The notes: generated from the sequence alone by a model not told the origin. A DNA stretch of 56,877 bases from a bacterium (GCA_030605785.1 JAUWHS010000065.1:1-56877), one strand, 5' to 3'; counted from the stretch's first letter, positions 1 to 10,200 are shown. A program made the numbers and translations.

Positions 1-1
1 T

Positions 2-577
2 TGCGCGTACAAATTGGGTAAAGATGGTCTAGCCTTGCTTTATTGGAGAAGAGCTGAAAATAAATGGGGTGTTTTCGGTCGTGGGGAACTTTTAGAAAAT
101 ATAACCCTACTTCAAAACAGGTTGTTTAGTAAAAATAAAAAAATATCCAAAAATAGTTTTATAAAAGCTTTAAAAAACTTTAAAATTTATTCTATTTCTT
201 TAATTCGATCCGCTCCTGTTTTTTCCTTCCAATTCGCATTTTTAGTTTTATGGTTTATTTTATTTTTGTTCTTAAGGGTTTTGTATAAGAAGAAGAGCAA
301 GGCTGTTATACTCGCGTTGTTTTCTTTTGTTATTTTACTTGGTGTTGGTTTAGTTGTACGCCACAGTTTTGATCTTTCCAGGTGTGGTGTTGTTGTTGTG
401 CCAAAAGCAATTTTGTGGTCAGGTCCAAGTAAGAATTTCCAACAACTAGGTTTTATTCCATTAGCAAAAGAGGCTGTAATAAATAAAAAATCAGATGATT
501 TTTATAAAGTTAAATTTAATGGTCAAGTTGGTTGGGTTAACAGAAAAGATATCAAAAAAATTGTTGAAAAAAATTAA
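2..577 (+). CDS. Membrane protein with C-terminal SH3b-like domain (5' partial; the frame is open to the window edge)
   Basis: The frame has no stop back to nt 2. Hydrophobic segments are present (FQFAFLVLWFILFLFL, AVILALFSFVILLGVGLVV). The C-terminal YKVKFNGQVGWVNRKDI resembles a bacterial SH3 motif. Confidence 0.5.
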   Translation, partial: CAYKLGKDGLALLYWRRAENKWGVFGRGELLENITLLQNRLFSKNKKISKNSFIKALKNFKIYSISLIRSAPVFSFQFAFLVLWFILFLFLRVLYKKKSKAVILALFSFVILLGVGLVVRHSFDLSRCGVVVVPKAILWSGPSKNFQQLGFIPLAKEAVINKKSDDFYKVKFNGQVGWVNRKDIKKIVEKN

Positions 578-579
578 AT

Positions 580-1071
580 ATGAAAAATTCTAAATTCTTT
601 TTATCAATCTCTTTAATCTGTTTTTTAATTCTTTTTTCTAGCTGTGGAAAACATGAAGCATCTGCCGGGACTGCCGGAGCTGTTTCGGGCGCGATTATTG
701 GTGAAGCTGTAAGTAGCAAAGAAAGTAAGGGTACGGGAACGGTTTTAGGCGCGATGATTGGTAATTACATCGGAAGAAAGATTGGTAGAGAAGAGGATAG
801 AAAAGATACCGGAGTTGAAAAAGTAGTTCAAAAAGAAGAAATACAAGAATTAAAAGCCGAAAACCGATATTTGAAAAAAAATCTTAATAAATGGTGCGAT
901 AATTGTCGCAAAAGAGTTTCAATCGCGGGGGCAAGCAATTGTCCATACTGCGGAACAAGACTGATTAAAGAAAAATTTTGTAAAATATGCGCAAGAAGCT
1001 TCAGTCCGGAATCCAATTATCATTATTGTCCTTACTGCAGCAGAGAGAATGTCAGACTAAGTTATAGATAA
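580..1071 (+). CDS. Putative lipoprotein with glycine-zipper segment, coiled coil and C-terminal double zinc-ribbon
   Basis: Signal peptide plus lipobox-like LILFSSC. Gly-zipper-like GAVSGAIIGEAV and GTVLGAMIGNYIG. Two CxxC...CxxC pairs (CDNC...CPYC, CKIC...CPYC). Confidence 0.6.
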   Translation: MKNSKFFLSISLICFLILFSSCGKHEASAGTAGAVSGAIIGEAVSSKESKGTGTVLGAMIGNYIGRKIGREEDRKDTGVEKVVQKEEIQELKAENRYLKKNLNKWCDNCRKRVSIAGASNCPYCGTRLIKEKFCKICARSFSPESNYHYCPYCSRENVRLSYR

Positions 1072-1237
1072 AACCCATTCTTTTGTTGTTTTTGCCTGAA
1101 AAAGCTTTTTCAGGAGAGTAAAATTAATAAAACTATTCACTTTGGGGGTTATTTTATAATAGAATATATTTACGGGGAAAGAGCGGTGTGCGTAGTGTTT
1201 TGAATTTGTTAGCTTTTGAAGATTAGAAAGGAAGTAT

Positions 1238-1489
1238 ATGTTTGCAAAGAAAAGTATGTCTTTTTTGTTTTTTGCGTTAGCTGTAGGTAGTACAATCTTG
1301 ATTACGGGTTGTACTAAAACAGAAAAAACTGTTGCTGGCGTTGTTCTTGGCGCTGGTGTTGGCGCTGGAATTGGCGCTGCTGCCGGTGGTGGAACAGGTG
1401 CTGCAATTGGTGGTGGTGTTGGTGCTGTTGGTGGTGGTTTAATCGGCCATAGTCTTGGTGACGACAAAAAGGAAACAAAAGAGAAATAA
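1238..1489 (+). CDS. Small glycine-zipper lipoprotein (SlyB/Pcp/17-kDa antigen-like)
   Basis: Lipobox LITGC, followed by a Gly/Ala-rich zipper GVVLGAGVGAGIGAAAGGGTGAAIGGGVGAVGGGLIG. An RBS-like aaggaag lies upstream. Confidence 0.65.
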   Translation: MFAKKSMSFLFFALAVGSTILITGCTKTEKTVAGVVLGAGVGAGIGAAAGGGTGAAIGGGVGAVGGGLIGHSLGDDKKETKEK

Positions 1490-1508
1490 TTAAAAATAGA
1501 AAGTTTTT

Positions 1509-1630
1509 GGCCTACTCTAAGTTTTTCATGATAACCTCCAAATACATCAGGGATTAGTTTTTCGAGTATTTTGCTGGTTTTACAAGAACACAGTTCTTGT
1601 TTATTCGATAACTATTTACTTAGAGTGGGC
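1509..1630. repeat. 122-nt element bounded by 12-bp inverted repeats (GCCTACTCTAAG / CTTAGAGTGGGC), flanked by T-runs, with an internal hairpin CAAGAAC..GTTCTTG
   Basis: Inverted repeats were read directly at 1510-1521 and 1619-1630, with one mismatch (a G-U pair in RNA). TTTTT precedes the element and TTTTTT follows it. Confidence 0.4.
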
Positions 1631-1708
1631 TTTTTTATTTATTTATAAACCTGATATATTCATAGAACAGGGGTTTATATTATTTTCTTTTTAAAATTAT
1701 AAGATTTA

Positions 1709-2449
1709 ATGAAACATTTATTATCTATAAAAAATTTACATGTCAGCATAAAAAACAAGGATATTATTAAGGGAATCAACCTTGATATTGATTCGGGTCA
1801 AATTCATGCAATCATGGGGCCAAATGGTTCCGGAAAAAGCACTTTGGCTCTTACGTTAATGGGGCATCCAAAATATTCAATTCAAAAAGGTCAAATTTTA
1901 TTTGAAGGTAAAGATATAATTAATCTGCTTGTTGATCAGCGAGCAAGGTTGGGAATGTTTTTAGCTTTACAACACCCATACGAAATTGAAGGTGTGACAT
2001 TGCGTGATTTTTTGCGTCAATCTTACAATTCAATTTATTCAGATAAGCATTTGAGTCCAAAAGAATTTAACGATTTATTGAATCAGAAAATGAAGGACTT
2101 AAATATAAGTGAATCTTTTGTTTGTCGGTATTTAAATGTTGGTTTTTCAGGTGGTGAAAAAAAATTAGCTGAAACATTGCAAATGGCGGTTTTAAATCCC
2201 AAATTTATAATTTTGGATGAACTCGATTCAGGTCTTGATATTGATGCGCTACAAAATGTTTGTAAAGCCATCAATAAATTAAAAGAATTAAATCCTAAAC
2301 TTTCTATTTTAGTTATTACTCACTATCAAAGAATTTTAAAATTCTTAAAACCGGATTTTGTCCATGTTATGCAAGATGGAAAAATTATTAAATCCGGGGG
2401 AAAAGAGTTGGCTGAAGAATTAGAAAAAATTGGATATAAGAAAACCTAG
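1709..2449 (+). CDS. sufC: Fe-S cluster assembly ATPase SufC
   Basis: Walker A GPNGSGKST, ABC signature-like FSGGEKK, Walker B ILDELDSGLD. The HPKY...ILFEGKDI...RARLGMFLALQHPYEIEGV stretch is typical of SufC. Confidence 0.9.
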   Translation: MKHLLSIKNLHVSIKNKDIIKGINLDIDSGQIHAIMGPNGSGKSTLALTLMGHPKYSIQKGQILFEGKDIINLLVDQRARLGMFLALQHPYEIEGVTLRDFLRQSYNSIYSDKHLSPKEFNDLLNQKMKDLNISESFVCRYLNVGFSGGEKKLAETLQMAVLNPKFIILDELDSGLDIDALQNVCKAINKLKELNPKLSILVITHYQRILKFLKPDFVHVMQDGKIIKSGGKELAEELEKIGYKKT

Positions 2450-2475
2450 AAATTTATTTCTAGGTTTTCTTATAT

Positions 2476-3219
2476 TTATTTTATTTTGTTTATTTGGCTA
2501 TTTAATAATTTTTTAATTTTTAGTTCAGTTTCATTTAATTTAGAATCATCTTTTTCTTTAAAATTATTGAATTCATCGACGTATGGTTTTATTTTTTTAT
2601 TAAAATCATCAAAGGTAAACGTTACTATTTTTTTGGTTTTGTCTAATTCTGAGTCATCAGCTATATCTTCGGTAAAAAACACGGATATTTCTTCATCTAT
2701 TTCATCATCATTTTGATTTGTGTATTCAACTTCTGTGAATTTAGCCCCGAGACAGGTCAAGAGAGCCGTGTTTTTATATTTTTTTTCTTTTATTGTTACT
2801 TCTAGAGGTGTATCGCCATTATACTTTTTACGAGGTGTATTGCCATTATCATTTTTAAGTTTAAGATCTAAATCGTTAAAATTTTTAAGTTTAAAATCTA
2901 AGTCTTTAAAATCTTTTAGTAGCCATAAACAATCTACAAAGTCTACAAAGTTATAAGTTGCGATGTAATGAAGAACCGTATTTCCTGTTTTTTCTTCTTG
3001 ATCATTTATATTAAAAAAGTTATGGAAAGGAGCAACCGAACTTAATGCATTACTTATTTCTTGTGAAGTGGCGTTTTTTTTATAGTTTTCTTTCAAATTA
3101 TTTAATTTAGGACTACCGCTTTTTGCGGCTTGAATTACAGGATTCCCTTTTGCATTTATGTTTGAATTGTTCATTGCTATAAATAATCCTAGCAATATTA
3201 ATTTATTAATTTTTTTCAT
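2476..3219 (-). CDS. Secreted ankyrin-repeat protein
   Basis: Start chosen at MKKINKLILL, preceded by an AGGAG RBS. N-terminal signal-like segment. ANK-like motifs GNTVLHYIA and NGNTP/NGDTPLEV. Internal KDLDFKLKNFNDLDLKLKN repeat. The gene lies antisense between sufC and sufB. Confidence 0.7.
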   Translation of the reverse strand: MKKINKLILLGLFIAMNNSNINAKGNPVIQAAKSGSPKLNNLKENYKKNATSQEISNALSSVAPFHNFFNINDQEEKTGNTVLHYIATYNFVDFVDCLWLLKDFKDLDFKLKNFNDLDLKLKNDNGNTPRKKYNGDTPLEVTIKEKKYKNTALLTCLGAKFTEVEYTNQNDDEIDEEISVFFTEDIADDSELDKTKKIVTFTFDDFNKKIKPYVDEFNNFKEKDDSKLNETELKIKKLLNSQINKIK

Positions 3220-3494
3220 TTTTTGCTCCTGATAGAAAGAATTTGTTTTTACCAAATTGTTTTTTCTTTAAATTTTCCTATTTTTCTTGCAGCTGGGTAA
3301 TCTTATTGAATTGTTTACTTTTTGTCAAAATTTACAAGGTATTTTTACTTTATTTTTGGTCTTTTTCACTAAATTCTCTTTTATGTTAAATTAAAAATAT
3401 AGATTTGGGGGGGTATGGAGTAAAAGCCTTTAATCTATTAATTTCAATTAGATAATTAAATATTTTTAAATGGAGTAAAAAATAACAAAAGTTC

Positions 3495-4892
3495 ATGGAA
3501 ATAAGTAAATTATTTTTTTTGAAAAATTCATTTACGAAAAAAACAAAAACTTTGTGTTGTCCAAAAAAAGGTGGGTTGTGCTCCGAGGTTGTAAGAAAAA
3601 TTTCTGCAAAAAAAAATGAACCCAAATGGATGCTTGATATTCGTCTTCAAGCTTTAGAATCTTTTAAATCAAAACCATTACCAAAATGGGGTCCGGATTT
3701 GAGTTTTTTAAATGTTGATAGAATTTTATACTACTTAAAACCATTTAAGAAACAGGGGAAAAATTGGGCTGATGTTCCGGAAGAAATAAAAAAAACTTTT
3801 GAAAAATTAGGTGTTATTCAAGCGGAACGAGAACATTTGGCAGGTCTTGGCGCGCAGTATGAATCTGAAGTTGTTTATCACAATTTAAAAAAAGAGTGGG
3901 CAGATAAAGGTGTTATCTTTTGTGACACTGATACTGCGTTGCAAAAATATCCGGAGTTATTTAAAAAATATTTCGGCTCAGTTGTTCCTTTTTCAGATAA
4001 TAAATTTTCAGCATTAAATACTGCTTTGTGGAGTGGTGGTAGTTTTATTTATGTTCCCAAGAATGTAAAAGTTGATATTCCGTTGCAGACATATTTTAGA
4101 ATTGATACAGAGCGTTTGGGACAGTTTGAAAGAACTTTAATAATCGCGGATGAAGGAAGTTTTATAAATTACATCGAAGGCTGTACCGCTTCCGCTCTCT
4201 CAAAAAGTTCTTTGCATGACGCGGTTGTTGAAGTTATCGCGAAAAAAGGCGCGCGAATTAGATATTCCACTTTACAAAATTGGTCACAAAATGTTTCGAA
4301 TCTTGTAACAAAAAGGGCGGTTGCTTACGAAAACGCGACGATTGAATGGGTTGATGGCAATTTGGGGAGTGGCGTTACTATGAAGTATCCGACTGTCGTT
4401 TTAAAAGAACCGGGCGCAAAAGCTGAGATTTTATCAATCGCGCTCGCGACGCATGAAAAACAGATTCAAGATGCTGGAGCAAAGGCAATTCACTTAGCGC
4501 CAAATACAAATTCAAGAATTGTTTCAAAATCAATTAGTAGTAATGGTGGAAGATCAAGTTATCGCGGCGTTATAAAAATTATGCAAGATGCAAAAAACTG
4601 TAAATCGTTCGTTCAGTGTGATGCTTTAATCTTGGATGATAAATCTCAATCAGATACTTATCCATTTATTGATGTAAGAAACAATGATGTTGACGTTGGA
4701 CACGAAGCAAGTGTTTGTCAGATTGATGATGAAAAACTTTTTTATTTAATGAGTCGTGGATTAAGCAAAAATGAAGCGCAAGTTTTAGTGGTTAATGGTT
4801 TTATCGAACCGTTTGTAAAAACGTTACCAATGGAATACGCAGTTGAGATGAATCGACTTATTGAAATGGAAATGGAGGGGAGCATTGGATAA
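3495..4892 (+). CDS. sufB: Fe-S cluster assembly scaffold SufB
   Basis: [39 protein letters not shown] and [22 protein letters not shown] are conserved SufB blocks. Confidence 0.9.
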   Translation: MEISKLFFLKNSFTKKTKTLCCPKKGGLCSEVVRKISAKKNEPKWMLDIRLQALESFKSKPLPKWGPDLSFLNVDRILYYLKPFKKQGKNWADVPEEIKKTFEKLGVIQAEREHLAGLGAQYESEVVYHNLKKEWADKGVIFCDTDTALQKYPELFKKYFGSVVPFSDNKFSALNTALWSGGSFIYVPKNVKVDIPLQTYFRIDTERLGQFERTLIIADEGSFINYIEGCTASALSKSSLHDAVVEVIAKKGARIRYSTLQNWSQNVSNLVTKRAVAYENATIEWVDGNLGSGVTMKYPTVVLKEPGAKAEILSIALATHEKQIQDAGAKAIHLAPNTNSRIVSKSISSNGGRSSYRGVIKIMQDAKNCKSFVQCDALILDDKSQSDTYPFIDVRNNDVDVGHEASVCQIDDEKLFYLMSRGLSKNEAQVLVVNGFIEPFVKTLPMEYAVEMNRLIEMEMEGSIG

Positions 4893-5565
4893 CGTGTTTA
4901 AGATCATTATTAACAAAAATTATCCAAAACAAATTACATTACAAAAACTTTTGCAAGATTTTTCGCAAGATTTAATTTTTGATAAAGAGCTTGAATTACA
5001 AATTAAGTTAGAACCTGAAGTTGTTTTAAATCTTTTAGATGATCTTGATGATTTTGAAGTTTTTAAAAGTAAAATAACTTTTATTTTGAATAAAAATAGT
5101 AAATTGGATTATATTTCAAAGCCTTGTAAATCGACGGATAAAGAATTAACGTTCGAGTTTATTGGTTCCGGTTCGGACGCAAAAGTAAAAATTTTGTATT
5201 TGGGTAAAAAAGATCAAACGTTTAATATTAAAACAATTCAAGATCATAAAATTGAAAACACAAAAAGTGATTTAATTATCAAGGGTGTTTTTGATGAAAA
5301 TTCAAAATTAAAAAGTGATAATTTAATTAGAGTTGCGAGAAATGCTCAAAACGTACAAGCAAATCAAATTAATAGAAATATTTTAATTGGTTATCAATCA
5401 AGAGTCGTTACTATTCCAAAATTAGAAATAAAAGCTGATAAAGTAAAATGCCATCATGGCGCTGCAGTTAGTAAATTAAATGAAAACCAGCTTTTTTACC
5501 TTCAGAGCCGTGGTTTTAATGACATCTCAGCAAAAAATATATTAATTGGCGCTTTTTTAAATTAA
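4885..5565 (+). CDS. sufD: Fe-S cluster assembly protein SufD (short form)
   Basis: The C-terminal block [38 protein letters not shown] is typical of SufD. The start is uncertain: in-frame TTG at 4885 lies 6 nt after GGAGG, with alternatives TTG 4861 and GTG 4894. Confidence 0.75.
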   Translation: MDNVFKIIINKNYPKQITLQKLLQDFSQDLIFDKELELQIKLEPEVVLNLLDDLDDFEVFKSKITFILNKNSKLDYISKPCKSTDKELTFEFIGSGSDAKVKILYLGKKDQTFNIKTIQDHKIENTKSDLIIKGVFDENSKLKSDNLIRVARNAQNVQANQINRNILIGYQSRVVTIPKLEIKADKVKCHHGAAVSKLNENQLFYLQSRGFNDISAKNILIGAFLN

Positions 5566-5579
5566 AATAGGTAGTTATT

Positions 5580-6233
5580 ATGAAAAATTTAAAAAATATT
5601 CTAAAAACTTTGTTATTCGTTTTTTTGTTTTCACCTTGTTTTCTTGGTGTGCAAGCGATGGATGATTTCGATTTAGAAATATTTCAACATGATCTAAAGA
5701 TTCTCGGTAATTTGATAAAAGAGTTTGAAGATGCAGTTCAACTAGCATCATATGATTTTTCAGATAGAGAAATATCTGATTCGGTGTTACAAAATTTTTT
5801 GGAAATTGAAGACTCAAAAGAAGGGAATATTCTAGATAAAATTGAAAGATTAAATCTTTCCGGAAATCAACTAATAAAACTAACGCCAAAGATAGTTTTG
5901 TTAAGAAATCTTAAAGAGCTAGATATTTCAAAAAATCCTATAACAAAAAAATTACCAATAGAAGAACTTGCTCGATTAAAAAAACTTAAAAAATTATATT
6001 TTGACCATGAAGAGAAGAAAATATGTGCTGAATATAATAATAGCATTAATGAAGAAGATGAAGATAGATCCGGTGGTACAATTATTATTAATAAAGGAAA
6101 TGATGATGAATCAGGTGATACACTCATTATTAATGAAAAAAAAGATATTAATGAAGTAACAAATTCAAATAACAATCAAGGTTGGATTGGATGGCTAATG
6201 GGATATTTGGGTTGGGGTACAGAAAGTTCGTAA
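5580..6233 (+). CDS. Secreted leucine-rich-repeat protein
   Basis: N-terminal signal-like MKNLKNILKTLLFVFLFSPCFLGVQA. LRR units LNLSGNQLIKLTPKIVLLRNLKELDISKNPI. Acidic, repeated C-terminus (GGTIIINKGNDDESGDTLIINEKKD). Confidence 0.7.
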   Translation: MKNLKNILKTLLFVFLFSPCFLGVQAMDDFDLEIFQHDLKILGNLIKEFEDAVQLASYDFSDREISDSVLQNFLEIEDSKEGNILDKIERLNLSGNQLIKLTPKIVLLRNLKELDISKNPITKKLPIEELARLKKLKKLYFDHEEKKICAEYNNSINEEDEDRSGGTIIINKGNDDESGDTLIINEKKDINEVTNSNNNQGWIGWLMGYLGWGTESS

Positions 6234-6348
6234 ACATTTTTAATTAAATAATATTTTTACTTCTTTTATTTTTTATTTTTTTATCTACAATACAGTAGTG
6301 AAAATTTTTATCTGAAATTGATAACCTTATAAATTTATAGGAGTAGTT

Positions 6349-7215
6349 GTGAAGTTTTTTTATGAAATAAAAGATATTTTTTCTTCTAAATTGTTTTTAG
6401 CTTTTTTATTTTCTTTTCTAAGTTTTAATTTGCAGGCTGAGCCTGCAAACAAAAGTGAATTTGCGTTAAAGTCTGAGATACAATATAACGGTATAGGAAC
6501 CGATGTTCTTGATTTATCTTATAAAAAATCTTCTGAATCTGGTACTATCATTGATTTTGTTTTTGAAAAATGTATGGATTCTATTTTAAAAAGAAATAAT
6601 AAAAAAAATATTACTTCTTTAAATCTTTCAGGAAACCTTTTAACAGGTCTCCCTCAAAAAATTAAGGAATTAAGCAATTTAGAAGTTTTAAATCTTTCAA
6701 ATAATAAATTTAAAAAATTGCCAAAGATTTTGACAAAATTAAAAAGTCTTAAGAAACTCGATCTTTCTTCTAATAAAGTGTCAAGCGAAAAATATGATGC
6801 TTTAACAGTAAGGGATCAAGATTTAACAGATTTAGAAGACTTGGATGCTTCCAAATTTGGAATTTTTGAATTGACGCATGAAATAGGAAATATAGAAAAT
6901 CTTGAAGAATTAAATTTGGCTGGAAATGGCATCGTGTGGTTGACTTCTAGAATAGGTAAATTAAAAAAACTAAAAAGATTAAATCTTTCAAAAAATCAAC
7001 TTATAGAATTACCGGAAGAAATTGGGGAGCTAGAAAGCCTTATTTATTTAAATATTTCAGACCAAGCAGATGATGAGATTGTAACTATTCCTCGTTCATT
7101 GGAAGAAAAAATGGAGGGGAAAAAGCTAATCATTGTTGTTGATGAAAAAAAAGATGAGCGAAGTTGGGCACGATATTCTTTAGATGTTATAAATTATTAT
7201 TTGGGTAGAAAATAA
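6349..7215 (+). CDS. Secreted leucine-rich-repeat protein
   Basis: GTG start 5 nt after AGGAG. Signal-like N-terminus. Several LxxLxLSxNxLxxLP units (LNLSGNLLTGLPQKIKELSNLEVLNLSNNKFKKLP, LNLSKNQLIELPEEIGELESL). Confidence 0.7.
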   Translation: MKFFYEIKDIFSSKLFLAFLFSFLSFNLQAEPANKSEFALKSEIQYNGIGTDVLDLSYKKSSESGTIIDFVFEKCMDSILKRNNKKNITSLNLSGNLLTGLPQKIKELSNLEVLNLSNNKFKKLPKILTKLKSLKKLDLSSNKVSSEKYDALTVRDQDLTDLEDLDASKFGIFELTHEIGNIENLEELNLAGNGIVWLTSRIGKLKKLKRLNLSKNQLIELPEEIGELESLIYLNISDQADDEIVTIPRSLEEKMEGKKLIIVVDEKKDERSWARYSLDVINYYLGRK

Positions 7216-7255
7216 TAATTGGTTTTTAGCTGATAATTAAAAAAATTTAGAAAGT

Positions 7256-7288
7256 AAAAAGGCTTCCTTTTTTAGGAAGCCTTTTTTT
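7256..7288. terminator. Bidirectional rho-independent terminator between the LRR gene and gyrB
   Basis: AAAAA-GGCTTCC-TTTTTTA-GGAAGCC-TTTTTTT: a 7-bp GC-rich stem with an A-run on one side and a T-run on the other. Confidence 0.75.
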
Positions 7289-7291
7289 GTA

Positions 7292-10200
7292 TTAGATATC
7301 TAAGTTTTTTACAAAGTGCGCATGCTTTTCAATGTATTCACGTCGATCTTCAACGACATCACCCATTAAAGATGTAAACCATTGGTCAGCTTTAATGCCA
7401 TCTTCAATCGTAACTTTAAGAAAACTTCGTACTGCCGGATCCATAGTTGTTTCCCAAAGTTGTTCCGGATTCATTTCACCAAGACCTTTGTATCGTTGAA
7501 TTGTCATTAAAGATTTTCCGGAACCTATTATTGTGTTTGAAAAATTTAAAACACCAATTCCGGCTTTTTCATTTTTATCACTGATTGTAAAAATCCATTT
7601 ACCTTCATCAAGCATTTTTATTGGTTTATAAAGATTTAAAAGGTTTTCAGTTTCTTCTGACGCGAAAAATGTTAATGGAACTTCCCATGTTTTTTTGTTT
7701 TCTTTAAATATTAACATTTCTTTTGTTTGATCTTCTGTTTCAAGCGCGTTTTCATCTTCTTGATCAGTTTTAAACTTGCAGTCTATTTTATATTTTGGAT
7801 AATGTTTTTGTAGATTTTCTAGAATTTCATTTGGTGTATATTTGCCCAATTGCCAATCGATTGAATTTAAAAATCCGGTTAATTCATGACAATGTATTTT
7901 TGATACTTCTATATAGTTACTTAATTTTGTTATTTCGTTTTCGTACTTTAAAGTTTTATTTAACAATTCTGACCAATCTGATTCTTTGTACAATTTTTTA
8001 TCCACTTTTAAGTGTGTGTTTTTTTCAGCCCATTCAAATAAAAATTGTTTTAATTCAGAATCATCTTGTAAATATTTTTCTGCTTTTCCAACTTTTGCTT
8101 TGTAGAGTGGTGGTTGCGCAACATACAAGTAACCTTTTTCGATCATTGGTTTCATATGTCTGAAGAAAAAAGTTAAAAGCAAAATTCGAATATGTGAACC
8201 GTCAACGTCGGCGTCTGTCATTATAACAACTTTATGATAACGGACTTTGTCCGTATCAAATTCGTTGTTCCCGATTCCGGCGCCAATCGCGGTTACAAGA
8301 TCTTTTATTTCATTGTTCGCTAACATTTTATCAAAGCGAGCTTTTTCAGCGTTTATAATTTTACCTCTGAGTGGAAGAATTGCTTGAGTGAAACGGTCAC
8401 GAGCCTGTTTGGCACTGTTGTGAACAAAAACTCCGCAAGCTAACGCGAAATTATGTGTTTCTTCCACTTCTAAATCATAAACATCTATTTTACGATCAAG
8501 CTTTAGAATAGTTTTAATTTTATGGTTATAGTGTTTTACTGCATCTTTTAATTTCTTCTCATCACCATTAAAAAATCTTGAACAAAATGTGTTGTATAGT
8601 AAAAGATTTGGATTTTTTAATTTTTTTCGTTCATTGTCATATTCTGTAAAACATTGTTGTTTGTCATGCAACTCTTTTAAAACTTTTATTGTATTTTCAT
8701 AGTAAGTTTTATTATAAGCCTTTTTTCTATTTTCTCTGAACTCATTTGTCCATTGATTTTTTGTTTTTTCACTACGCCAGGATAGAAGGCTTTCATTTTT
8801 CCATTGTTGCTTTGCAATATTGGAAAGACTTTCTTTTTGTTGTGGATTTTGTTTAAAAAATTCTTTAACTTTTTCAGATTGTTTTTTTCTGTTTTCAGTA
8901 TTTCCCCAGTATTTGATTTGATTTTCATTTAATTGTTTGTTGTTTTTTTTTCTGTAATCTTTATTGTTGTTATAAAAGTCTAGAAATTTCTTTACCATAC
9001 AACTTTTGTATTCTTCATTTTCCCACTGCGCTTTTGCTCTTTTGCTTAGCATCGCTTTCATTTTAGGGGTAGACATAATAGCGCTAACTTTGGCTTTGTA
9101 TTCTTTTGTTTGATGAGCTTTTTTAGCTTTTTCTTTTACGTCTTCTCTGTGAATGGTAAATTCTAACATTTGGCGATGTAGAGCCAGATGGTCATCTTTG
9201 TGCATGCGTACAATATTTTCAGGATTATTGTTAATCTTGTTGAAATTTACATGGTGTTTGTGTGATCCGTTTTTTAAAGAGTATTTATTTTGTCTTAAGT
9301 TAAATTTATCTGATAACAAATGAGTAAAGATCCATTTTTGATTTTTATTATCTAAAACCATTTCATAGCCGGCAATGGTAATTCTTTTTTCGATCTTAGA
9401 AAGTTTTCGGTAAAGAGGCATTAAAGAATCAGTCAGAATTAAATCTTGCGCTTTTTTGTAAGACCCATCTTTTAGCATAAATAAATGATCGGGAGTGCAA
9501 GTGATTTCTTTATCGTTATCTAAAATCACCTTTATTATGCTGGTATTGGTTTTTGTTTTTCTGGGATGCTTGATTAATGCTATCTCTATGTTTCCTTCTT
9601 TTGTTGTTGTATAGCAATAATTTTTTATACCTTTTTCATGTTCTTTAACTAGATCTCTAAAACTTATGTCTCTTCCATCAAGTAATGCTATTTTTGTATC
9701 TCCTGAAAAACAACCGCCGGCGGAATCTCCTTCCACAATGAAAAGTTCTGTTTTTGAAGCATCCGTTTCGGAACAATCGGCAAGTTTTCCCGGTAGGATT
9801 GAACTTTCAAGAACAGTTTTTCTTCTTGTTAGTTCTCTAGCTCTTTTTGCGGCGTTTCTTGCTTGTTGCGCAAGTTGCGCTTTTTGCAGAATTTTTTTAG
9901 CTATTTGAGGATGTTCCTCAAAATATGTGTTTAAAAACGCGTATGTCCAAGAATCAACCAAACCTTTAACTTCACTGTTTCCAAGTTTGGTTTTTGTTTG
10001 TCCTTCAAATTGAGGTTCAGGAACTTTAATACTTAAAACACAAACAATTCCTTCTCTGACATCATCACTTGAAAAACTTTCACCATCTTTTAGAATTTTG
10101 AAAGTTTGAGCAGCTTTATTACAACTTTTTGTTAAAGCTGATCTAAGCCCGGCTTCATGTGTTCCGCCTTCAGTTGTTCTGATGTTGTTTACGAAACTAA

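Noticed and set aside
1057-1467. 136-aa minus-strand ORF rich in Pro/Ala (PPPTAPTPPPIAAPVPPPAAAP)
   Set aside because: It is the antisense shadow of the Gly/Ala-rich glycine-zipper lipoprotein gene at 1238-1489, where GGT/GCT codons read as ACC/AGC on the other strand. It has no RBS or motif support of its own.
3386-3625. 79-aa minus-strand ORF overlapping the sufB start region
   Set aside because: It overlaps the conserved SufB N-terminus on the opposite strand, is low-complexity, and has no support.
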